A stretch of DNA of 14,182 bases from Bacillota bacterium (GCA_017483905.1 JAFUUG010000357.1:1-14182), one strand, 5' to 3'. Positions 1 through 7,355 are shown, numbered from the stretch's first letter. Notes: generated by a model not told the origin, from the letters alone. Made by a program: numbers and translations.

Positions 1-1043
1 ATATTGTGAAAGGAAAGGTCATAAAAGTATATGAGTCCACGGTTACTGTTAATCTCGGATACAAGTCAGATGGTACGATCTCTAAAAGTGAATTTTCCGA
101 TGACCCGAATGTTGTGCTTTCAGATGTCGTAAAGGAAGACGATGAAATAGAAGTTCTTGTACTCAGAGTGAATGATGCCGAGGGTACATTGCAGCTTTCA
201 AAGAGAAGAGTCGATGCAAACAGAAGTCTTGCAGAGATAGAAGATGCCTACAACAATAAAACTGTTGTCAGGGGCAGGATCGTTGATACCGTAAAGGGCG
301 GACTTATCGCTCTTATCAGTGGGGCAAGAGTATTCGTTCCTTCTTCTCAGATCTCAAACAGATATGTTGACGATCTTGAACAATTCAAGGGAAAGGAATA
401 CGATTTCAACATAATTGAATTTGACAAGAACAAGAGAAAATTTGTTGCCGGAAGAAAAGCACTTGCACAGAAAGAATATGAGGACAACAGAAACAAGGTA
501 TTCTCTTCTATCAAGGCAGGAGATAAGATAAACGGAAAGGTAAGCCGTATCGTTGATTTCGGTGCATTTGTAGACCTTGGCGGAGTTGACGGGCTTATCC
601 ATATTTCCGAGCTTTCATGGGGAAGAGTAAAGAAAGTGAGCGATGTACTTAAAGAGGGCGATGATGTAGAGGTAACGGTTCTTGATGTCAATACGGAAAA
701 GGGCAAGATCTCTCTTTCTCTTAAGGATATTAATTCCGATCCTTGGAAGAATGCGGCCGAAAAATATGCTGTCGGTAATGTGGTAGAGGGCAAAGTCGTG
801 AGAATGGTTTCTTTTGGCGTATTTGTTGAACTTGAAGAGGGTGTTGACGGACTTGTTCATATTTCACAGATCTCACATGAGCATATTGATAAGCCTGAGG
901 ACGTATTAAGCGTTGGGCAGATGATCAAGGCTAAAGTTACGGATCTCGATACGGAAAATAAGAAGATCAGCCTCAGCATAAAGGCAACAGAGCCAAAACC
1001 TGAGCCTGAAGAAAAAGCAGAAGAAAGCAGCACAGAAGAATAA
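1..1043 (+). CDS. rpsA: 30S ribosomal protein S1-type protein, C-terminal part (5' end outside window)
   Basis: The frame is open from the window edge to TAA at 1041-1043. It contains four tandem S1/OB repeats: [88 protein letters not shown] and [31 protein letters not shown]. The tail is rich in Glu and Lys. In Clostridia this is often the C-terminal half of an IspH-S1 fusion, which cannot be decided from this window. Confidence 0.85.
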   Translation, partial: IVKGKVIKVYESTVTVNLGYKSDGTISKSEFSDDPNVVLSDVVKEDDEIEVLVLRVNDAEGTLQLSKRRVDANRSLAEIEDAYNNKTVVRGRIVDTVKGGLIALISGARVFVPSSQISNRYVDDLEQFKGKEYDFNIIEFDKNKRKFVAGRKALAQKEYEDNRNKVFSSIKAGDKINGKVSRIVDFGAFVDLGGVDGLIHISELSWGRVKKVSDVLKEGDDVEVTVLDVNTEKGKISLSLKDINSDPWKNAAEKYAVGNVVEGKVVRMVSFGVFVELEEGVDGLVHISQISHEHIDKPEDVLSVGQMIKAKVTDLDTENKKISLSIKATEPKPEPEEKAEESSTEE

Positions 1044-1077
1044 TATGCTATGCTGTCAATAATATAAGACGAACCTA

Positions 1078-1118
1078 AAAGGGCTGCATGGATAAAACTG
1101 TGTAAGCCCTTTATTTTA
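1078..1118 (+). terminator. candidate rho-independent terminator after S1 gene
   Basis: An 8-bp stem pairs aaagggct (1078-1085) with agcccttt (1105-1112) and is followed by the T-rich run ttatttta. The 19-nt loop is larger than ideal. Confidence 0.45.
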
Positions 1119-1139
1119 TATCTTTGATTGGAGAAAGAA

Positions 1140-1958
1140 ATGGAGAATATAAACAATATAGATGATGCGATAAATAATCAGGCATTGCTTGATGCCATAA
1201 ATGCTCATAAGGAAGAACAGAGCGGAAATACACAGGCAAAAATGGCGATAGAACTTGTAAGGGCAAAATTCTTCACACCTATGGAGGCTACGATCGCACC
1301 CGATGAAAACGGAAATTATCAGCTTAACAAAGGAGAAGAAATAAAGCTTAATGTAATAAATTCAGCTGACGGGGAAAAGTATCTGCTTGCATTTACAAGC
1401 TGGGAAGAACTTGAAAAATGGGAAAAAAAGGAAAATCAGCAGACACTTTTATCACGCTTTGCAGATTATGAAAGAATGTTATTTGAAAGCGGCGATCTTG
1501 AATGTAAGGGATTTGTCATTGATCCGTTCGGAGCAAATGTAGTACTCACAAGAAGAAATATGATAGCTGTAAGAGATGTCCTTGAAGAGATGGACTATGA
1601 GGAAGAGGAAGAACAACAGATGCCGCAGCCGGTACAGAAACCCGAGGAAAAGAATGTGGTATCTGTAAAGGTCAGTGAATTAAAGGATTGTCCGAAAGAA
1701 CTTTCAGAGGCTATAAGAAAACAGCTTGAAAGCGATAAAGGGATAAAAAAGGCATATTTGCAGTCGATTGTAAAGGGCGAAGAACCGGGCTATCTTGTTG
1801 CGGTGGAATTTGAGGGTGATAAGGATAAAATATTAAGAGGCGTGCTTGAGGTGGCGAAACATTATTTGCCTAAGGGATATTCGATAGATATAATGCCTTG
1901 TGAGGATAAACTGAAAGAGATGCTTGAAAAAGTGACAAAGCCTTTTTTTGAGAGATAA
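1140..1958 (+). CDS. SseB-like (enhanced serine sensitivity) family protein
   Basis: I prefer ATG 1140 over the track's TTG 1128, because GGAGA at 1130-1134 lies 5 nt upstream of 1140. The N-terminal half has the SseB-type pattern (KFFTPME...EKYLLAFTSWEELEKW). An acidic linker follows, then a second SseB_C-like domain (KKAYLQSIVKGEEPGYLVAVEFEGD). The family call is from memory of the motif only. Confidence 0.6.
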   Translation: MENINNIDDAINNQALLDAINAHKEEQSGNTQAKMAIELVRAKFFTPMEATIAPDENGNYQLNKGEEIKLNVINSADGEKYLLAFTSWEELEKWEKKENQQTLLSRFADYERMLFESGDLECKGFVIDPFGANVVLTRRNMIAVRDVLEEMDYEEEEEQQMPQPVQKPEEKNVVSVKVSELKDCPKELSEAIRKQLESDKGIKKAYLQSIVKGEEPGYLVAVEFEGDKDKILRGVLEVAKHYLPKGYSIDIMPCEDKLKEMLEKVTKPFFER

Positions 1959-1981
1959 CTTTAAGATTTGGGAGAGCAGAT

Positions 1982-3265
1982 ATGAATATTGAAATCAAAA
2001 ATATACTTGCCGTATTGCCAAAAGGCGACGGCTATGAAGTGAAAGAAACAAATATATATATAAAGGGCGATACTATAGAAAAAATAGGTGATAAACCCGA
2101 CGGATTTACTGCGGAAAAGGTACTGGAGGGAAAAGACAGACTTGCGATACCCGGTCTTATCAATTCTCATACGCATACTTATATGTCGGTATTCAGAAAC
2201 CTTGCAGACGATCTTTCTTTTGAGGACTGGCTTTTCAAGAATGTTATGCCGAGAGAAGATAAGCTGACAAATGAAGATGCTTACTGGGGGGCGATGCTTG
2301 CCTGTGCGGAAATGATAAAGACGGGTACTACCACATTTCTTGATATGCATATGTTTAAAAATCAGACGATAAATGCCGCAAACAAAACTGGAATGAGAGC
2401 GGTAATATCAAGAGGTCTTGCGGGAAACGGCATGGACGAGGGGGCTGTGAGAAGACTTAACGAGGCTAAGGAAGAAATGGAATATGCAAAGGATATGAGC
2501 AGGATCTCATTTATGCTTGCTCCTCATGCGATTTATACCTGTGACAGAGAGTATTTGCAGATAATCGTTCAGGAGGCAAAGAAATTAAATTTGCCTATAC
2601 ATCTGCATTTATCCGAGGCTAAGAGCGAAAATGCACAGACGATGGAAAGCGATGGTATATCGGCTGTTGAATATGTTGAAAAACTGGGGATATTTGATGT
2701 AAAGACGATACTTGCGCACTGCGTACAGGTAAATGAAAAGGATATGGATATACTTGCAAAACATAATGTAAGTGTCGCGGCAAATCCTAAGAGCAATCTT
2801 AAACTTGCAAACGGTATCGCACCGATATATCAGATGCTTGATAAGGGGATAAATGTCTGTATAGGAACGGACAGCTGCGCAAGCAACAATACTCTGAATA
2901 TGTTTTCGGATATGAACTATACAGCACTTCTTCACAAGGGTACGAATGGCGATCCTACGGCTGTGACGGCTGAACAGGTGCTTAAAATGGCAACGGAGAA
3001 TGCGGCAAAGGCTCTTGATCTTGAAAATGTGACGGGAGCTATAAGAGAGGGACTTAAAGCGGATATTGCGATACTTGATCTTAACTGTCCTCAGTTTGTG
3101 CCAAGACAAAATCTTGTAGCGGCACTTTCTTATTCGGCAAACGGTTCGGAGGTCGATACGGTCATAATCGATGGCGAGATAGTGATGGAAAACGGAAAGC
3201 TTACGCTCGTTGACGAGGCTGAGATATATGCGAAAGCTAATGAAGTAATGGAAAGGCTTAAATAA
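1982..3265 (+). CDS. mtaD: 5-methylthioadenosine/S-adenosylhomocysteine deaminase (amidohydrolase superfamily)
   Basis: GGGAGAG lies upstream of ATG 1982. The metal-binding motif INSHTHTYMS is followed by FRNLADDLSFEDWL...YWGAMLACAEMIKTGTTTFLDMH. HLHLSE, AHCV and GTDSCASNN follow in the canonical order for the MtaD/TRZ-ATZ subgroup. Confidence 0.8.
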   Translation: MNIEIKNILAVLPKGDGYEVKETNIYIKGDTIEKIGDKPDGFTAEKVLEGKDRLAIPGLINSHTHTYMSVFRNLADDLSFEDWLFKNVMPREDKLTNEDAYWGAMLACAEMIKTGTTTFLDMHMFKNQTINAANKTGMRAVISRGLAGNGMDEGAVRRLNEAKEEMEYAKDMSRISFMLAPHAIYTCDREYLQIIVQEAKKLNLPIHLHLSEAKSENAQTMESDGISAVEYVEKLGIFDVKTILAHCVQVNEKDMDILAKHNVSVAANPKSNLKLANGIAPIYQMLDKGINVCIGTDSCASNNTLNMFSDMNYTALLHKGTNGDPTAVTAEQVLKMATENAAKALDLENVTGAIREGLKADIAILDLNCPQFVPRQNLVAALSYSANGSEVDTVIIDGEIVMENGKLTLVDEAEIYAKANEVMERLK

Positions 3266-3292
3266 AAAACTTAAATAAGAAAGGCTTATAAA

Positions 3293-4141
3293 ATGATTAA
3301 ACAATTTTTTAAGGATCTCGGAAATACGATAGCTGCGACTATCAAGCCGATGCTGCTTTTTGTCGTGGTGATGGACATATGGTCGGTGCTTATATATGGG
3401 TTTGATATTGTAAGGCTTATTGCTGTGACACTGTTATTCTTTGCGGTACTTATTGCGATGTATGCTGTTATACTGCTTATAAATACGGGAAAATACGGCA
3501 AAGTTACAAGGATAGAAAATGAAAGGGGCAGATACAGCGATGAATATTATCAGGCAGTGGAAGAGATAGCTGAAAAGATGAATAAACCGAGCAAGCAGCT
3601 TCAGAGAGCAAACATTCTGATACTTCTTGCGGCACATTACCTTGAGGGCGGAAGAGTGGACAATGCACTTGAAACACTGAGAAAAATAGATAACGGTCAG
3701 CTTGTGCGGATACCCGATACACAACCGGTAAAATCAATGTATTACTGCGTTCTGATAGGAATAATGATAAAGAAAGGGGATATTTCTTCTGCTATAACGG
3801 TATGTGAGCAAAATAAGAAATTATTTGACAAGCATATCACTAATCTCAGGTATGGGGCGGAAATAAATCATATACTTTGTATTATTGAGTTTTTCAAGGG
3901 CAATTACAGCGGGGTATTAAAGGAAATGGAAGAGAGGGTATATAAGAAAGACCCTATTGACAAAGTAAGCGACTATTTGCTATGCTATAGATGTGAAATG
4001 CGACTCGGGGATAGCGTAAAAGCCGATGAGTATATGAGAAAAGCAGAGAATGAACTTGAAAAATGCAAGTGGTTCCATAAAGAGATAATGACACCTAAGA
4101 TAACGGCATTGAAGGAAAATGAACTTGAATACAAATATTAA
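3293..4141 (+). CDS. hypothetical membrane-anchored protein with helical-repeat (TPR-like) C-terminal region
   Basis: The ORF encodes 282 aa. Two N-terminal hydrophobic helices are present (MLLFVVVMDIWSVLIYGF and LIAVTLLFFAVLIAMYAVILLI). The rest is alpha-helical and repeat-like, and I recognise no family. Confidence 0.6.
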   Translation: MIKQFFKDLGNTIAATIKPMLLFVVVMDIWSVLIYGFDIVRLIAVTLLFFAVLIAMYAVILLINTGKYGKVTRIENERGRYSDEYYQAVEEIAEKMNKPSKQLQRANILILLAAHYLEGGRVDNALETLRKIDNGQLVRIPDTQPVKSMYYCVLIGIMIKKGDISSAITVCEQNKKLFDKHITNLRYGAEINHILCIIEFFKGNYSGVLKEMEERVYKKDPIDKVSDYLLCYRCEMRLGDSVKADEYMRKAENELEKCKWFHKEIMTPKITALKENELEYKY

Positions 4142-4177
4142 GAATATAATATTTCCTTAAAACAAGGGGTGAGCACT

Positions 4178-5203
4178 ATGAAAAAAATATTGGTGGTAGA
4201 TGACAGCAGGGTGAATCTTGCGTTTGTAACGCAAATGCTGGAGGGTGAATATACCGTTGTGCAGTCAACATCTGCGATGAAAGCAATAAATATAATGCAG
4301 AAAGATGAAATAGACTTAGTCCTTCTTGATATACAGATGCCCGAAATGGACGGCATAGAGGCTATTAAGATAATGAAAAGCATAAATTCGATAAAAGATA
4401 TACCGATCATTTTCCTAACCGGAAGAACTTCAAGCGAAACGGAAATAGAATGTCTTAACTGCGGCGCGGTGGATTTTATAACGAAACCTTTTGTTCCCGA
4501 AATAGTTAAATTAAGGATAGAGAGGACACTTGAACTTGACGAATATCACAGAAACAACGAAAAGATAATAAGCGAGAAAGTGGATAACTCTCAGAAGATA
4601 AATGTAAAGCTGATAAAGAGAATGGCTGATATTATCAGAAACAGGGATTACTGGAAAAAATCGAAGGTCGATTTTGATGACATAATGAATCTTTTCCTTG
4701 CGGAAATAAAGAGTACGGGGATATACAGAGAAGAACTCAGCGAAGACGTTGTATTTGCACTTAGAAATTACGGAATACTATATGATATAGGAAAGATAAG
4801 CATTGATGAGAGAATACTTCTCAAAGAGGGAAAACTGACGGACAGTGAATTTGAAAAAATGAAAAAACACTGCGAGAGGGAAACGGAAATAGTTGAAGAT
4901 ATATTCAAGAATGAAAAATATTATCCCGCTATATCCGATTTTATGAGCTATCATCATGAAAACTGGGACGGCAGCGGATATCCTAACGGATTGAAGAAAA
5001 AGGAGATACCCGTTGCGGCAAGGATAGTTTCCATGATAGGTGAATATATGGCTCTGCGTGAGGAAAAGCCTTACAGAAATGCTTATTCGATAAAAGAGGC
5101 TATAGATATATTAAAGAGTGAGAAAGATACAAAGTATGATCCTATGCTCGTGGGGATATTCTGCGAGGCGATAAAGAAAAGAAACGATAATGATAAGGTA
5201 TGA
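4178..5203 (+). CDS. response regulator: CheY-like receiver domain fused to an HD-GYP domain with a degenerate HD motif
   Basis: I prefer ATG 4178 (AAGGGGTGA about 8 nt upstream) over the track's GTG 4169. The receiver domain shows VVDD, LLDIQMPEMDG, FLTG and ITKPF. The C-terminal domain shows YHHENWDGSGYP (the GYP signature), but YDIGK replaces HDIGK. Confidence 0.8.
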   Translation: MKKILVVDDSRVNLAFVTQMLEGEYTVVQSTSAMKAINIMQKDEIDLVLLDIQMPEMDGIEAIKIMKSINSIKDIPIIFLTGRTSSETEIECLNCGAVDFITKPFVPEIVKLRIERTLELDEYHRNNEKIISEKVDNSQKINVKLIKRMADIIRNRDYWKKSKVDFDDIMNLFLAEIKSTGIYREELSEDVVFALRNYGILYDIGKISIDERILLKEGKLTDSEFEKMKKHCERETEIVEDIFKNEKYYPAISDFMSYHHENWDGSGYPNGLKKKEIPVAARIVSMIGEYMALREEKPYRNAYSIKEAIDILKSEKDTKYDPMLVGIFCEAIKKRNDNDKV

Positions 5204-5270
5204 TGCGTTTTGATTTTCAAAATAAGAATGGATATGATATATTAAGCTGTGTTTTGTAAAAATAAATTTA

Positions 5271-5299
5271 TTGACAAAATGAAAGTAATGGTATATAGT
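5271..5299 (+). promoter_or_regulatory. sigma-A type promoter for sRNA-1
   Basis: TTGACA (5271-5276), an exact 17-nt spacer, then TATAGT (5294-5299). The upstream flank is AT-rich. No ORF follows; there is only a short structured transcript that ends in a terminator. Confidence 0.6.
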
Positions 5300-5319
5300 A
5301 AAAATAGGCTTAGGCTGAT

Positions 5320-5330
5320 GCTGTTATGTA
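5320..5330 (+). repeat. direct repeat copy A (gctgttatgta), inside sRNA-1 loop
   Basis: This is an exact 11-mer also found at 5474-5484. The two transcripts are convergent, so a DNA direct repeat makes the two RNAs complementary. Confidence 0.8.
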
Positions 5331-5351
5331 CCATAAGCTAACACCAAAATA

Positions 5352-5387
5352 CCCCTCATAAGGTTGGGACTTGTGAGGGGCTTTTTT
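5352..5387. terminator. bidirectional rho-independent terminator shared by sRNA-1 and toxin-1 mRNA
   Basis: The stem pairs cccctcataag (5352-5362) with cttgtgagggg (5370-5380), with one G-U pair, around the 7-nt loop gttggga. It is followed by cttttttact on the + strand and by uauuuugg on the - strand. Confidence 0.7.
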
Positions 5388-5409
5388 ACTGTGCTTTTGT
5401 CGGTATGTG

Positions 5410-5499
5410 TTATCTGTCAAGCCACCTGCAGATGTAATGACTTACGATACCTGCTCCGACAGATACTATAAAAGCTGTTATGTATTCCAAGTCTAACAT
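5410..5499 (-). CDS. candidate type I toxin, Fst/PepA1-like small hydrophobic peptide (29 aa): MLDLEYITAFIVSVGAGIVSHYICRWLDR
   Basis: It is not in the ORF track because it is too short. It runs from ATG 5499 to TAA 5412-5410, with a weak SD (AGGAAA) 5 nt upstream. It has a single hydrophobic helix and a charged C-terminus. The I-x-A-x-(I/V)-(I/V)-S...WL-(S/D)-R layout resembles S. aureus PepA1 (MLIFVHIIAPVISGCAIAFFSYWLSRRNTK, recalled from memory) and the Fst family. Confidence 0.55.
   Translation of the reverse strand: MLDLEYITAFIVSVGAGIVSHYICRWLDR
5474..5484 (+). repeat. direct repeat copy B (gctgttatgta), complement lies in toxin-1 codons 6-9
   Basis: This is an exact copy of 5320-5330. 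Flanking partial similarity (cca, ag, ctaaca at 5493-5498 versus 5338-5343) extends the potential duplex to the UG of the toxin AUG. Confidence 0.8.
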
Positions 5500-5530
5500 C
5501 TATTTCCTGACGGAAGAAACCGACAACAAT

Positions 5531-5559
5531 ATTATACAAAATTTTCATGTTTTATGTAA
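5531..5559 (-). promoter_or_regulatory. sigma-A type promoter for toxin-1 mRNA
   Basis: On the minus strand: TTACAT (5559-5554), a 17-nt spacer, then TATAAT (5536-5531). The predicted TSS is near 5524, which gives a leader of about 25 nt. Confidence 0.5.
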
Positions 5560-5771
5560 TGCTTATTTTTTGCAGTTTATTGGCACATTTCTTTTGGAGT
5601 TTTCATTTCCCGGGAATTTAATTTCAAATAATTTATTCATTTGTTTTTAATTATTTTCTAATTATTGAATAAGGACAGTTTAATAAATGAGGTGTAATAT
5701 ATACACATAAAGAAAAACAAAGCAAATAAAAAACAAATAAATAAAGCAAATAAAATAGGGAGATGACAGTT

Positions 5772-6488
5772 ATGGCAATAGAAGTTTTTAACAGATATGA
5801 ACATAAATATATTTTAAATCAGCAGCAGTACGATGAAATGATAAAGGTAATGAATGAACATATGAATCCCGATCCTTATAACAAAGGTGGCAAGCCTTAC
5901 ACGATAACGAACATTTATTATGATACACAGGACGATCACCTTATAAGGGCTTCTCTTTCAAAACCGATATACAAGGAAAAATTAAGACTGAGAGCTTACG
6001 GAGTGCCTAAGGACGGACAGAAAGTTTTTCTGGAGATAAAGAAGAAATACAACGGTATAGTGAACAAGAGAAGAACGACACTTAAACTCGATGAGGCTTA
6101 CAAATTTGTTGGTTCGGGGGAAAAACCCCAAATAGAAAGCTATATGAACAAGCAGGTAATAAACGAGATATCGTATTTCTTAAAGGTGTATGATCTGAAG
6201 CCGAAATTATATCTTGCCTATGACAGGATAGCTTACTTTGAAAAGGGAAATGATGATCTGAGGATCTCTTTCGATCAGAATATACGTTCAAGAAGAGAAG
6301 ATGTTCAGCTTGAGATAGGAGATCACGGAAATCTTCTTCTTGAAGAGGGACAATATCTGATGGAGATAAAGACATCGCTTGCTATGCCGTTATGGCTTAC
6401 ACATACGCTTGCAAGGCTCAATCTTAAAAGACAGAGTTTTTCTAAATACGGTGCGGAATTTAAGAATACCGTAAATCAGGGTGCATAA
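5772..6488 (+). CDS. VTC-domain protein (triphosphate-tunnel / polyphosphate-polymerase-like domain)
   Basis: I prefer ATG 5772 because GGGAG (5758-5762) abuts the track's ATG 5763 with no spacing. The N-terminal FNRYEHKYIL fits the beta-1 acidic/Lys signature of tunnel-fold (CYTH/TTM) enzymes. Later features are basic beta-strands (RLRAYG, FLEIKKKYNGIVNKRR), RISFDQNI and LMEIK. The layout matches bacterial VTC-domain proteins as I remember them. Confidence 0.65.
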   Translation: MAIEVFNRYEHKYILNQQQYDEMIKVMNEHMNPDPYNKGGKPYTITNIYYDTQDDHLIRASLSKPIYKEKLRLRAYGVPKDGQKVFLEIKKKYNGIVNKRRTTLKLDEAYKFVGSGEKPQIESYMNKQVINEISYFLKVYDLKPKLYLAYDRIAYFEKGNDDLRISFDQNIRSRREDVQLEIGDHGNLLLEEGQYLMEIKTSLAMPLWLTHTLARLNLKRQSFSKYGAEFKNTVNQGA

Positions 6489-6548
6489 TGAAAAGAATAT
6501 ACAATAAAGAATATATAATAATGAGGGAAAAGAAACGGAGTGGATATC

Positions 6549-7220
6549 ATGAATGAATTATTTAACAGCATTTTAGCAAATACATCAAGTGAATTGACGG
6601 TGGTCGATTCTGTAATAACAATGGCGACGGCACTGGTATTCGGACTGGTGATAGCGTTTACTTATTATAAGACACAATCGGATGCTCTGTATCAGAGAAG
6701 TCTTTCCATAACACTTGTAATGCTGCCTGTGATACTAGCAACGATAATAACATTTGTCGGCAGCGATGTTGCAAAGGCATTCAGTCTTGCAGGTACTCTT
6801 ACGATAATCAGATTCAGAAGCGCACCCGGAGATCCTAAGGATATAGGTTTCATCTTCTTCGATATAGCGGCAGGACTTGCCTGTGGTGCGGGATTATATG
6901 GATATGGCGCAATATTTGTGATAGTTGTTTGTGCAGTTCTCTTTGCAAGTGAAAAAGTCGGTTTATTTGAAAAGAAATCTATCGAAAAGACATTGAAGAT
7001 AACTATTCCGGAAGACCTTAACTATGAGGGGGCTTTCGATGATATACTTAATAAATATACAACAAAACATACGATGATGAAGATAAAGACGACAGATCTC
7101 GGTTCTCTCTTTGAATTAAGCTATGATATATCAATGAAGAAGAATCAGAATGAACAGGAATTTCTCAATGATATAAGATGCAGGAACGGAAATCTTAATA
7201 TAATACTTTCGGTAAAATAA
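6549..7220 (+). CDS. DUF4956-like integral membrane protein (usual partner of bacterial VTC-domain proteins)
   Basis: I prefer ATG 6549 (GGAG at 6537-6540, 8-nt spacing) over the track's GTG 6540. It has four to five hydrophobic helices: VITMATALVFGLVIAFTYY, SITLVMLPVILATIITFVG, FSLAGTLTIIRF and IGFIFFDIAAGLACGAGLYGYGAIFVIVVCAVLFA. A soluble tail of about 80 aa follows. The family name is recalled, not searched. Confidence 0.6.
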   Translation: MNELFNSILANTSSELTVVDSVITMATALVFGLVIAFTYYKTQSDALYQRSLSITLVMLPVILATIITFVGSDVAKAFSLAGTLTIIRFRSAPGDPKDIGFIFFDIAAGLACGAGLYGYGAIFVIVVCAVLFASEKVGLFEKKSIEKTLKITIPEDLNYEGAFDDILNKYTTKHTMMKIKTTDLGSLFELSYDISMKKNQNEQEFLNDIRCRNGNLNIILSVK

Positions 7221-7225
7221 ATTGA

Positions 7226-7254
7226 TTGACAAGAGAGGGGAAAAGTGATATTAT
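7226..7254 (+). promoter_or_regulatory. sigma-A type promoter (extended -10) for sRNA-2
   Basis: TTGACA (7226-7231), a 17-nt spacer, then TATTAT (7249-7254). A TG at 7246-7247 gives TGnTATTAT. It starts 6 nt after the DUF4956 stop codon. Confidence 0.6.
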
Positions 7255-7266
7255 ATAAGTACAAAA

Positions 7267-7297
7267 GGAACACTGTCAAACAATAGACGGTGACCCC
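7267..7297 (+). repeat. inverted repeat, left arm (5' leader of sRNA-2)
   Basis: The left arm reads ggaacactgtcaaac-aataga-cggtgacccc. The reverse complement of 7501-7539 reads ggaacactttcaaac-ttaactacggtagg-cggtgacccc. The blocks match 14/15 and 10/10 around a variable linker. Confidence 0.8.
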
Positions 7298-7315
7298 AAG
7301 ATTTAGTTATTGAAA

Positions 7316-7355
7316 ATAACCGCAGTCATTGGTGTTGAGGGCGGTTATTTTTTTT
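7316..7355. terminator. bidirectional terminator shared by sRNA-2 and toxin-2 mRNA
   Basis: The stem pairs ataaccgc (7316-7323) with gcggttat (7341-7348), and an inner tca/tga pairing is possible. Seven T residues follow on the + strand. On the - strand the tail is the weaker uuucaauaac. The toxin-2 stop codon (7345-7347) lies inside the 3' arm. Confidence 0.6.

Larger units (their letters stand above)
5306..5387 (+). ncRNA. candidate antitoxin sRNA of type I TA-like module 1 (about 80 nt)
   Basis: It runs from the predicted TSS about 7 nt after the -10 to the U-tract. A 5' hairpin pairs gcttagg (5308-5314) with ccataagc (5331-5338, one bulge). The 16-nt loop carries GCUGUUAUGUA. A single-stranded CUAACA segment follows, then the terminator hairpin. 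There is no SD or plausible ORF. Confidence 0.5.
7261..7355 (+). ncRNA. candidate antitoxin sRNA of type I TA-like module 2 (about 95 nt)
   Basis: It is bounded by the promoter above and the hairpin plus T8 tract at 7316-7355. No ORF or SD is present. Its 3' 40 nt or so are perfectly antisense to the 3' end of the toxin-2 transcript, including the last 11 nt of the toxin CDS (stop codon included). Confidence 0.5.

Noticed and set aside
347-1156. Four minus-strand ORFs (81-148 aa) overlapping the S1 gene
   Set aside because: They are antisense shadow frames of a confidently coding gene. Their composition is low-complexity and Ser/Leu/Phe-rich, and they have no SD sequences.
3251-3288. Short direct repeat gaaaggctta (3251-3260 and 3279-3288) spanning the mtaD stop and the next gene's RBS
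   Set aside because: It is only 10 nt, is explained by a coding end plus an SD-like purine run, and has no associated structure.
1961-3501. Minus-strand ORFs of 129, 75, 231 and 71 aa opposite mtaD and the following gene
   Set aside because: They are shadow ORFs in an AT-rich region. Their Arg/Ile/Lys/Cys-rich composition is implausible, they have no RBS, and they overlap well-supported plus-strand genes.
5417-5548. 43-aa minus-strand ORF (MKILYNIVVGFFRQEIDVRLGIHNSFYSICRSRYRKSLHLQVA) overlapping the toxin-1 locus in another frame
   Set aside because: Its ATG lies upstream of the predicted -10 element (5531-5536), so it would not be on the transcript. It also has no SD and no hydrophobic helix. 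The 29-aa frame explains the locus better.
5560-5640. 25-aa minus-strand ORF (MNKLFEIKFPGNENSKRNVPINCKK) and the CCCGGG palindrome in the toxin-1/VTC intergenic region
   Set aside because: It has no SD, no promoter context and a hydrophilic featureless peptide. The 6-bp palindrome is expected by chance.
6488-6556. 22-aa ORF bridging VTC and DUF4956 (its ATG overlaps the VTC stop as TAATG, and its TGA overlaps the DUF4956 start as ATGAATGA)
   Set aside because: The coupling geometry is tempting, but there is no SD, the peptide (MKRIYNKEYIIMREKKRSGYHE) is featureless, and such overlaps arise easily in AT-rich spacers. It is not supportable without Ribo-seq.
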